DNA of 24,000 bases, from NCBI RefSeq assembly GCF_013403865.1, contig NZ_JABFDK010000007.1, positions 154,879-178,878 of the forward strand, written 5' to 3'. Of the stretch, positions 1-8,437 are shown in pieces (the first letter of the stretch is position 1; each line of letters begins with the position of its first letter). The stretch is from Winogradskyella costae (lineage in GTDB: Bacteria > Bacteroidota > Bacteroidia > Flavobacteriales > Flavobacteriaceae). The position numbers and the translations under genes are program-made. The notes under the pieces were generated by a model. That model worked only from the letters and a program-made list of their open reading frames with translations. It ran no database searches and was not told where the DNA came from.

Positions 1-1
1 T

Positions 2-814
2 GTGTTTCAATATATAGATGAAGGACGACCATATAAATTCGCACAACCAGTAGCCGAAAAAGATCCAACAGCCTATAGAATTCCACAATTAAACTTCGAT
101 AAAGGCAAAGGAAAAGTGATCGAAATGGACAGAATGCGCCAAATGATTGCTGACCATATGGTGTACTCAAAACATACATCGCCTCACGTTACTGCTTATG
201 TAGAAGCGGATATGACGAATATGGTAAATTGGAGAAACGCAAACAAAGTTGCCTTTCAAGAAAAGCATGGAGAGCGTTTAACCTTCACACCATTATTTGT
301 AGAAGCTGTAGCGAAAGCAGTAAAAGATTTCCCGAATATTAATGCTTCTGTCGATGGTAATAACATTATTGTAAAAGAAGATATTAATATTGGTATGGCA
401 ACAGCATTACCAAGTGGAAACTTAATAGTACCTGTAGTAAAAAATGCAGATACTAAAAATTTAAAAGAGATTGCTAGTAACGTAAACGAATTAGCAGGAA
501 AAGCTAGAGAAAACAAACTAGCAGGAGACGATATAAAAGGCAGCACCTTCACAATTTCTAACGTAGGAACTTTTGGGAGCGTTATGGGAACACCAATTAT
601 TAATCAACCAGAAGTTGCCATTTTAGCATTAGGAATAATCAAAAAACGACCAGAAGTTATCACTACTGAGAAAGGAGATGAAATAGCTATTCGTAGCATG
701 ATGTACTTATCGCTCTCTTTCGATCATCGCGTAGTAGACGGATTCTTAGGAGGAAGTTTTGTAAGAAGAGTAGCAGATTATTTCGAACAATTTGATACTA
801 ATAGAGAAATATAA
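2..814 (+). CDS. 2-oxoacid dehydrogenase E2 component (dihydrolipoamide acyltransferase), C-terminal catalytic domain; 5' end lies outside the window
   Basis: The ORF is open to the window edge. It carries the E2 catalytic motif SFDHRVVDG (His/Asp pair) and the preceding FTISNVGTFG block typical of the 2-oxoacid dehydrogenase acyltransferase domain. A branched-chain specificity is only inferred from the ilvE and E1 neighbours. Confidence 0.9.
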   Translation: MFQYIDEGRPYKFAQPVAEKDPTAYRIPQLNFDKGKGKVIEMDRMRQMIADHMVYSKHTSPHVTAYVEADMTNMVNWRNANKVAFQEKHGERLTFTPLFVEAVAKAVKDFPNINASVDGNNIIVKEDINIGMATALPSGNLIVPVVKNADTKNLKEIASNVNELAGKARENKLAGDDIKGSTFTISNVGTFGSVMGTPIINQPEVAILALGIIKKRPEVITTEKGDEIAIRSMMYLSLSFDHRVVDGFLGGSFVRRVADYFEQFDTNREI

Positions 815-820
815 ATCATT

Positions 821-893
821 TGTCATTCCTGCGAAGGCAGGAATCCACTATGAAATAATAAATTAAATAGATTCCTGCCTACGCAGGAATGGA
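821..893. repeat. Twin-hairpin repeat module, copy 1: TGTCATTCCTGCGAAGGCAGGAATCC, a 23-nt A/T spacer, then GATTCCTGCCTACGCAGGAATGG
   Basis: Two perfect 8-bp stems (ATTCCTGC/GCAGGAAT) with GAAG and CTAC loops. The same architecture and spacer length recur at 2145-2218. The second stem ends at 890, 11 nt before the ilvE ATG at 902. Confidence 0.85.
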
Positions 894-901
894 AGCAAAT
901 T

Positions 902-1969
902 ATGAGCCATAACATATCCATACAAAAAGTAACCGAATCTAAAGTCTCAAACATAGACTTCAACAACATACCATTAGGTACAACATTCACAGACCACATG
1001 TTTATTTGTGATTATAACAATGGTGCATGGGAAAATCCAAGAATTGAACCCATGGGAATGATTCCTACACATCCAGCAGCCATGGCTTTGCACTACGGAC
1101 AAGCCATTTTCGAAGGTATGAAAGCCACTGTAGATGCCAATGGAAATCCTATGCTTTTCAGACCATCAAAAAATGCAGAACGGTTAAATTTTAGTGCAGA
1201 TAGAATGGGAATGCCTAATTTTCCAGAAGATTTATTTGTAGATGGCTTAAAACAACTAGTTGCAATAGAACAAAATTGGATTCCACCAATGGACGGAAGC
1301 GCACTCTATTTAAGGCCATTCATGTATGCAGACGAAGCTTTTATAGGTATGCGAGCAGCAACACATTACAAGTTTATAATCATGGCATCACCAGCTGGTC
1401 CATTTTTCACTAAACGTATAAAATTGTGGGCAGAAAATAAATATATACGTGCAGCCTCAGGCGGAACAGGAGAAGCGAAAGCAGCAGGAAATTACGCAGC
1501 AGCCATTCGTCCAACAGAATTAGCAAAAGCCAAAGGATATGACCAAGTATTGTGGTTAGATGCTGTAGAACATAACTATATCCAAGAAGTTGGCACCATG
1601 AATATTTTCTTTAAAGTCAACGGAAAATTCATCACACCAAAACGCGATGGTTCCATTCTAGATGGCATAACCAGAATGAGCGTTATGGATATTTTAAGAG
1701 ATAAAGGTTACGAGGTTACAGAACGCGCTATAACCATTCAAGAAATCCGAGATGCTTCAATTGACGGTACATTAGAAGAAGCTTTCGGAACAGGAACAGC
1801 CGTTGGTATTGCTTATATTCAAGAAATTGCAATGGGCGAAACAATAATTCATGTATCAGATAAAAGTCCAGTTGGTTTAGAAGTTAACAATACTCTAAAC
1901 GCTATCAAAACCGGTAAAATTGAAGACAAATTTAATTGGATGATTAAAATTGAAAACCAATTAGCTTAG
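902..1969 (+). CDS. ilvE: Branched-chain amino acid aminotransferase (fold-type IV PLP enzyme, long form)
   Basis: 355-aa ORF with recognisable BCAT blocks: HYGQAIFEGMKA, LYLRPF, GEAKAAGNYA and FGTGTA. It lies between the E2 and E1 genes of a keto-acid dehydrogenase. Confidence 0.9.
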   Translation: MSHNISIQKVTESKVSNIDFNNIPLGTTFTDHMFICDYNNGAWENPRIEPMGMIPTHPAAMALHYGQAIFEGMKATVDANGNPMLFRPSKNAERLNFSADRMGMPNFPEDLFVDGLKQLVAIEQNWIPPMDGSALYLRPFMYADEAFIGMRAATHYKFIIMASPAGPFFTKRIKLWAENKYIRAASGGTGEAKAAGNYAAAIRPTELAKAKGYDQVLWLDAVEHNYIQEVGTMNIFFKVNGKFITPKRDGSILDGITRMSVMDILRDKGYEVTERAITIQEIRDASIDGTLEEAFGTGTAVGIAYIQEIAMGETIIHVSDKSPVGLEVNNTLNAIKTGKIEDKFNWMIKIENQLA

Positions 1970-1974
1970 AGTAA

Positions 1975-2068
1975 TTTGGGCGTTACCACAAGGGTCGCGC
2001 TTTCACTACTCGCTCTTTTTGCAGAAAAAGCAAAAAGGAGCTCAAACAAACCGTTCAATCGCTAACGC
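1975..2068. repeat. Long imperfect hairpin repeat (GGGCGTTA...GGTCGCGCTTTC...CTCTTTTTGC/GCAAAAAGGAG...TAACGC), family also seen at 6765-6900
   Basis: The head GCGTTA pairs with the tail TAACGC. The central stem is GCTCTTTTTGC / GCAAAAAGGAGC. The GGTCG(C/G)GCTTTC and GCAAAAGGA blocks are shared with the element downstream of thiC. It begins at the ilvE stop codon. Confidence 0.6.
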
Positions 2069-2082
2069 AGAGATTACCGATT

Positions 2083-2110
2083 TGTCATTCAGAGCAAAGT
2101 GAAGAATCTC
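2083..2110. repeat. Short hairpin repeat TGTCATTCAGAGCAAAGTGAAGAATCTC (GTCATT...AAT family)
   Basis: It shares the TGTCATTC...GAAT(C) termini with the 821/2145 elements and with 6967-6995. The ends ATTC/GAAT are complementary. Confidence 0.5.
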
Positions 2111-2144
2111 AGTGAAAATCTGAGTAATAGTTAAATTTAAGGTT

Positions 2145-2218
2145 TGTCATTCCTGCGAAGGCAGGAATCCAAAATATTAGAGAATTTAAAATAGATTCCT
2201 GTCTACGCAGGAATGACA
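2145..2218. repeat. Twin-hairpin repeat module, copy 2: TGTCATTCCTGCGAAGGCAGGAATCC, a 23-nt A/T spacer, then GATTCCTGTCTACGCAGGAATGACA
   Basis: The first half is identical to copy 1. The second half has one substitution in the arm and a GG-to-AC difference at the 3' tail. The two outer halves are also inverted repeats of each other (TGTCATTCCTGC...GCAGGAATGACA). The 3' arm supplies the ATG at 2213. Confidence 0.85.
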
Positions 2219-2221
2219 ATT

Positions 2222-4309
2222 ATGAAAAAAGAAACACTAAAAAAAGGATTTTCAAAACTCTGCACAGCAAAAGCAATGGCAGAATTATACGAAGCTAATT
2301 TTAAACAAGTTTCAAAATACGTACACGCAACATCTCGTGGACACGAAGCCATTCAAATTGCATTAGGTTTACAATTATTACCGCAAGATTATGCATTTCC
2401 GTACTATAGAGACGATGCTATGTTATTATCGTTTGGTTTAGAGCCTTACGATTTAATGTTGCAATTATTAGCAAAAAAAGAGGACCCATTTTCTGGAGGA
2501 AGAACCTACTATTCACATCCAAGTTTAAAGGACGACGATAAGCCAAAAATACCGCATCAATCCTCAGCAACAGGTATGCAAACCATTCCAGCAACAGGCG
2601 TTGCCATGGGAATGCAGTATAAAGAATTACAAGGTTTAGACGATTATAGTTTAGAATCTGACCCTGTCAGTTCGAGCGCAGTCGAGAACGCTCTAAAACC
2701 AATAACAGTTTGTAGTTTAGGAGACGCCTCAGTAACCGAAGGAGAAATAGCAGAAGCTTTTCAAATGGCAGCATTAAAGCAAATGCCAATCTTATATTTA
2801 GTACAAGATAATGGTTGGGATATTAGTGCTAATGCAGCAGAAACAAGAGCACAAAATGCTTTTGAATATGCAGCAGGATTTAAAGGTTTGGACGCTATTT
2901 CAATAGATGGTGCCAACTTTACAGAAAGCTACGAAGCCTTAGAAAAAGTAATAGAAACTATTCGTACAGAACGCAGACCATTTTTAGTACACGCAAAAGT
3001 ACCATTGTTAAATCACCATACTTCTGGTGTAAGAATGGAATGGTATCGCGATGATTTAGAAGAAGCACGTTCTCGTGATCCTTATCCGGTTATTAAACAA
3101 CAATTACTAGATGCTGGATTTTCAGAACAAGACGTTTTAGACATTGAAAATTCAGCGAAAGCGAAAGTAGAATCAGATTTCGAAAAAGCTTTAAAAGCTG
3201 AAGACCCAAAACCGGAAGATTTATTCACAAACGATTTTGTACCAACACCAATTACCGAGGAAAAAGGAATACGTTCACCAGAAGATGCCGAAAAAGTAGT
3301 GATGGTAGATTGTGCACTTTTCGCTGTAGAAGAATTAATGAAAAAACATAAAGAGTGTTTACTTTACGGTCAAGATGTTGGAGGAAGACTTGGTGGTGTT
3401 TTTAGAGAAGCAGCAACATTAGCACAAAAATTTGGAGACGACAGAGTGTTTAATACACCAATACAAGAAGCATTTATAGTAGGTTCTACAGTTGGCATGT
3501 CTGCTGTTGGATTAAAACCAATCGTAGAAGTTCAGTTTGCAGATTATATTTGGCCTGGCTTAAATCAATTATTTACAGAAGTTAGTAGAAGTTGTTATTT
3601 ATCTAACGGTAAATGGCCAGTGTCTATGATTCTTAGAGTACCCATTGGTGCTTATGGAAGTGGTGGACCTTACCATTCCTCATCGGTTGAATCTGTAATA
3701 ACAAATATTAGAGGTATAAAAATTGCCTATCCAAGTAATGGAGCAGATTTAAAAGGATTGATGAAAGCGGCTTATTACGATCCTAATCCAGTTGTAATTT
3801 TAGAACACAAAGGGTTGTATTGGTCTAAAGTGCCAGGAACGCAAGGTGCAACGTCTGTGGAGCCAAGTGAAGATTATGTATTGCCTTTTGGTAAAGCATG
3901 GGTTTTACAAGAAATTTGGAAACAACAAAATTTAGAAACATTAACTATTGTGACTTACGGCATGGGAGTACATTGGGCAATGAATGCTAGTGCAGAATTA
4001 GGGATGCATGACCAAATTGAAGTGATTGATTTACGTACACTGTTTCCTTTAGACGAAGACACGATTATGGAATCGGTTAAGAAAACAGGAAAGTGTTTAG
4101 TGGTAACAGAAGAACCTTCAAACAATAGTTTTGCAAGAGCCTTATCTGGTAAAATTCAAGAAGAATGCTTTAAATATTTAGATGCGCCAGTCATGACAAT
4201 TGGTAGTGAGAATATGCCTGCAATTCCTTTAAATTCGACTTTAGAACAAACCATGATTCCTTCAACAGATAAAGTGAAAGCTAAGATAGAAAAGATACTA
4301 AACTATTAA
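2222..4309 (+). CDS. 2-oxoisovalerate/alpha-keto-acid dehydrogenase E1 component, fused alpha and beta subunits (TPP-dependent)
   Basis: The N-terminal half has the E1-alpha TPP-binding region (SLGDASVTEGE...LYLVQDNGW). The C-terminal half is E1-beta/transketolase-like (FNTPIQEAFIVG, EVQFADYIWP, DLRTLFPLD). The start is ambiguous: the ORF track uses the ATG at 2213, which lies inside the repeat, and I prefer the ATG at 2222 (MKKETLKKG). Confidence 0.88.
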   Translation: MKKETLKKGFSKLCTAKAMAELYEANFKQVSKYVHATSRGHEAIQIALGLQLLPQDYAFPYYRDDAMLLSFGLEPYDLMLQLLAKKEDPFSGGRTYYSHPSLKDDDKPKIPHQSSATGMQTIPATGVAMGMQYKELQGLDDYSLESDPVSSSAVENALKPITVCSLGDASVTEGEIAEAFQMAALKQMPILYLVQDNGWDISANAAETRAQNAFEYAAGFKGLDAISIDGANFTESYEALEKVIETIRTERRPFLVHAKVPLLNHHTSGVRMEWYRDDLEEARSRDPYPVIKQQLLDAGFSEQDVLDIENSAKAKVESDFEKALKAEDPKPEDLFTNDFVPTPITEEKGIRSPEDAEKVVMVDCALFAVEELMKKHKECLLYGQDVGGRLGGVFREAATLAQKFGDDRVFNTPIQEAFIVGSTVGMSAVGLKPIVEVQFADYIWPGLNQLFTEVSRSCYLSNGKWPVSMILRVPIGAYGSGGPYHSSSVESVITNIRGIKIAYPSNGADLKGLMKAAYYDPNPVVILEHKGLYWSKVPGTQGATSVEPSEDYVLPFGKAWVLQEIWKQQNLETLTIVTYGMGVHWAMNASAELGMHDQIEVIDLRTLFPLDEDTIMESVKKTGKCLVVTEEPSNNSFARALSGKIQEECFKYLDAPVMTIGSENMPAIPLNSTLEQTMIPSTDKVKAKIEKILNY

Positions 4310-4348
4310 ATTTATAATAGTCTTACACATATACTTATGTGTGTAATA

Positions 4349-4392
4349 AAAGGGATTCGTAATTGGAAAACAATTATGAATCCCTTTTTTTT
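4349..4392 (+). terminator. Rho-independent terminator downstream of the E1 gene
   Basis: AAAGGGATTC GTAATTG gaaaa CAATTAT GAATCCCTTT forms a long, nearly continuous stem and is followed by a T run (TTTTTTTT). Confidence 0.8.
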
Positions 4393-4507
4393 ATGAATTC
4401 AATTTGCTTCATTTTTATAGAAATAGATTTTAGTTAAAATATGTTTTTTCAAAAAAAGAGATTTCAAAAATAAATTGGAAAGCGTATGAAAGTCGTAAAT
4501 AATCTTC

Positions 4508-4515
4508 TATATTTG
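4508..4515 (+). promoter_or_regulatory. Candidate Bacteroidota -7 promoter box (TATATTTG = TAnnTTTG) for the thi operon
   Basis: Exact match to the TAnnTTTG consensus, 7 nt upstream of the first base (4523) of riboswitch helix P1. No well-spaced -33 TTTG was found. Confidence 0.4.
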
Positions 4516-4522
4516 AGGTGTA

Positions 4523-4602
4523 AACTTTAGGAGTAGCTATTAAATTAGTTTGAGAAACATCCTTAGAACCTGATTTGGTTAATACCAACGTAGGAAAAAG
4601 TT
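4523..4602 (+). promoter_or_regulatory. TPP (THI-box) riboswitch aptamer
   Basis: Conserved cores are readable: UUGAGA (consensus CUGAGA), AUCCUUAGAACCUGAUUUGGUUAAUACCAACGUAGGAA (consensus ACCCUUUGAACCUGAUCUGGAUAAUGCCAGCGUAGGGAA), and P1 AACUUU/AAAGUU. It sits directly upstream of thiS-thiC. Confidence 0.9.
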
Positions 4603-4659
4603 ATGTTCGATAAAACATCGAAATACTACCATTTTGGTTTACAGTAATATTTTATAAAT

Positions 4660-4863
4660 ATGATTACTATAAAAGTAAACCAAGAAGATCACCACATTTT
4701 AGAAAACATAACACTACAAGAGTTTGTCGAAAATTTAAAAATTCAAACAAACGGCATTGCTATTGCTATAAATAATACTGTGGTAAAGAAAACAGATTGG
4801 TCTTCAAGATTACTTCAAAATAATGATGATATTTTAATTATAAAATCTACTCAAGGAGGATGA
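4660..4863 (+). CDS. thiS: Sulfur-carrier protein ThiS
   Basis: 67-aa ORF ending in the ubiquitin-like C-terminal Gly-Gly (STQGG). It is the first gene after the TPP riboswitch. Confidence 0.85.
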   Translation: MITIKVNQEDHHILENITLQEFVENLKIQTNGIAIAINNTVVKKTDWSSRLLQNNDDILIIKSTQGG

Positions 4864-4875
4864 TTTTTATTTTAA

Positions 4876-6753
<1,878 letters not shown>

Positions 6754-6764
6754 AATTATAAGGA

Positions 6765-6900
6765 AGTTCCCACGCTTTGAAAAAAAAGCGTGGTCGGGCT
6801 TTCCGTTATATCTTTTACTGGTTCTCGATACAAATTTATTCATACACTGCATAAATTTACTCGAACTGACGGCAAAAGGATGCCACTATAATTGTATAAC
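6765..6900. repeat. Structured repeat element inside the thi operon (nested imperfect hairpins), related to 1975-2068
   Basis: Contains a 9-bp hairpin CCACGCTTT/AAAGCGTGG (6770-6793), then GGTCGGGCTTTCCGTTATATCTTTT ... AAAAGGATGCCACTATAA. An inner inverted repeat is GTTCTCGATACAAATTTAT / ATAAATTTACTCGAAC. It shares the GGTCGSGCTTTC and GCAAAAGGA blocks with 1975-2068. Confidence 0.6.
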
Positions 6901-6966
6901 ACTCACGAGTTCCTATTTAATAAAATAGAATAACTGAGTAATCCCTAACTCAAAATCCAAGTAACC

Positions 6967-6995
6967 GTCATTACGAGGAGGTACGACGAAGTAAT
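6967..6995. repeat. Short hairpin repeat GTCATTACGAGGAGGTACGACGAAGTAAT (GTCATT...AAT family)
   Basis: Same GTCATT...AAT termini (ATTAC/GTAAT complementary) as the elements at 821, 2083 and 2145. It lies 32 nt upstream of the next thi gene. Confidence 0.45.
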
Positions 6996-7026
6996 TTTAT
7001 CTTTTAATATTAAAAACTAAAAACCT

Positions 7027-7629
7027 ATGATAGTTCTTATCGCACCAGAAAACGATATTCCAAACGAAATAGAAATACTAAACCAATTATTTAGAGAAGG
7101 TTTATTGGTGTATCATTTGAGAAAACCAGAGAAAAACTACGATGAACACGTTGCGTATTTAAACAAAATTGATAAAGAATATCACAACAGAATTGTAGTG
7201 CATTATTTTCATGAGCTGATAAACGATTTCAATTTAAAAGGTATTCATTTTCAAGAACAAAAAAGAATGGACCATATAGATAATCCTGGTCAATATTTCA
7301 AAAACCTAAATATGTTTGGTAAAACCATAAGCTCTTCATTTCATGAGCCAGAAGTATTAAAAGCGTGTTATTTTGAGTTCGATTATCATTTATTAAGTCC
7401 TGTTTTTTCTTCAATATCAAAAAAAGGATATAAGGGAAAAGGTTTTGATGTTAAGCATATTGATAAAACAATCATTGGTATGGGTGGTATTAATGTAGAA
7501 ACGATAGAAGAAACTATAACGTTAGGATTTAAAGGAATAGGTGTTTTAGGTGGTGTTTGGAATGCTGAAAATCCGTTAGAGGGTTTTATAAAAATAAAAG
7601 AAACATATAATAAACACACCAGTAAATAA
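7027..7629 (+). CDS. ThiE/TenI-family protein (thiamine-phosphate synthase paralog, non-canonical motifs)
   Basis: 200 aa with TIM-barrel ThiE/TenI-like blocks (VYHLRKPE, SSFHE, LSPVFSSISKKG, GMGGIN, GVLGGVW). It has His in place of the ThiE Gln in the xQLRxK motif, as I recall for TenI, and lacks the ThiE IND and HLGxxD acidic motifs. Confidence 0.7.
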   Translation: MIVLIAPENDIPNEIEILNQLFREGLLVYHLRKPEKNYDEHVAYLNKIDKEYHNRIVVHYFHELINDFNLKGIHFQEQKRMDHIDNPGQYFKNLNMFGKTISSSFHEPEVLKACYFEFDYHLLSPVFSSISKKGYKGKGFDVKHIDKTIIGMGGINVETIEETITLGFKGIGVLGGVWNAENPLEGFIKIKETYNKHTSK

Positions 7630-7669
7630 GTGTTTTTTGAATAACCTATTGATGCTAAATACATAAAAA

Positions 7670-8437
7670 TTGAATCAAAAAAAATACATCTTAACAATAG
7701 CGGGTTTAGATCCATCAAGTGGTGCCGGAATTACGTCGGATATTAAAACATTTGAAGCGCATGGATTGTACGGTTTAGCCGTGTGTACGGCAGTTACTGT
7801 TCAAAACGATATAGATTTTAAAGACTGTATTTGGATTGAAAAAGAAACCATTTTAAATCAGATTGACCTTTTGTTTCAACGGTTTGCCATTGCTGTAGTA
7901 AAAATAGGAATCATCCAGTCTTGGGACGTTTTATTAGAAGTTATTCAAACATTAAAAAAGCTAAATCCAACTATAAAAATAGTACTAGATCCTGTTTTAA
8001 AAGCGAGTGCAGGTTTTAGTTTTCATAATAAACAAGATTTAAAAATTTTAGAAGAAGTCTTGAGAAGTTGTGATTTTATCACACCAAATTACGAAGAGAT
8101 TGAAGCCTTATTTCCAGAGAAATCTATAGAAGACACCATCGATTTTATTTCAGAAAAAACAAATATCTACTTAAAAGGAGGTCATAGAACGGATAAAAAA
8201 GGATGGGATGAAGTCTATTACAGTAAAATAGTAAAACTAAATATTCCACCGATTGCTGATACCGTTTTCCAAAAACATGGAAGCGGTTGTGTTTTATCGT
8301 CAGCATTGGCTTCTAATTTAGAAAAAGGAATGAACATAGAAGATGCTTGTAAAAATGTAAAATGGTATACCGAACAGTTTTTAAATTCAAACAGCACCCT
8401 GCTAGGAACACATAAATACACAGAAAATGCTAAGTAA
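7670..8437 (+). CDS. thiD: Hydroxymethylpyrimidine/phosphomethylpyrimidine kinase ThiD
   Basis: 255 aa with N-terminal LTIAGLDPSSGAGITSD and C-terminal GSGCVLSSALA motifs of the ThiD/PdxK ribokinase-like family. The TTG start at 7670 is the only in-frame start before the conserved N-terminus. Confidence 0.88.
   Translation: MNQKKYILTIAGLDPSSGAGITSDIKTFEAHGLYGLAVCTAVTVQNDIDFKDCIWIEKETILNQIDLLFQRFAIAVVKIGIIQSWDVLLEVIQTLKKLNPTIKIVLDPVLKASAGFSFHNKQDLKILEEVLRSCDFITPNYEEIEALFPEKSIEDTIDFISEKTNIYLKGGHRTDKKGWDEVYYSKIVKLNIPPIADTVFQKHGSGCVLSSALASNLEKGMNIEDACKNVKWYTEQFLNSNSTLLGTHKYTENAK

Noticed and set aside
256-552. 98-aa minus-strand ORF in the track
   Set aside because: It lies entirely antisense within the well-supported E2 catalytic-domain CDS. 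The translation is low-complexity and hydrophobic with no recognisable motif. It looks like a shadow ORF.
821-2218. Idea that ilvE is a cargo gene of a composite transposon, because identical inverted-repeat modules flank it
   Set aside because: The two modules are in direct, not inverted, orientation relative to each other. There is no transposase, and I could see no target-site duplication. ilvE has the same composition as its neighbours. Repeat accretion in intergenic spacers is the simpler explanation.
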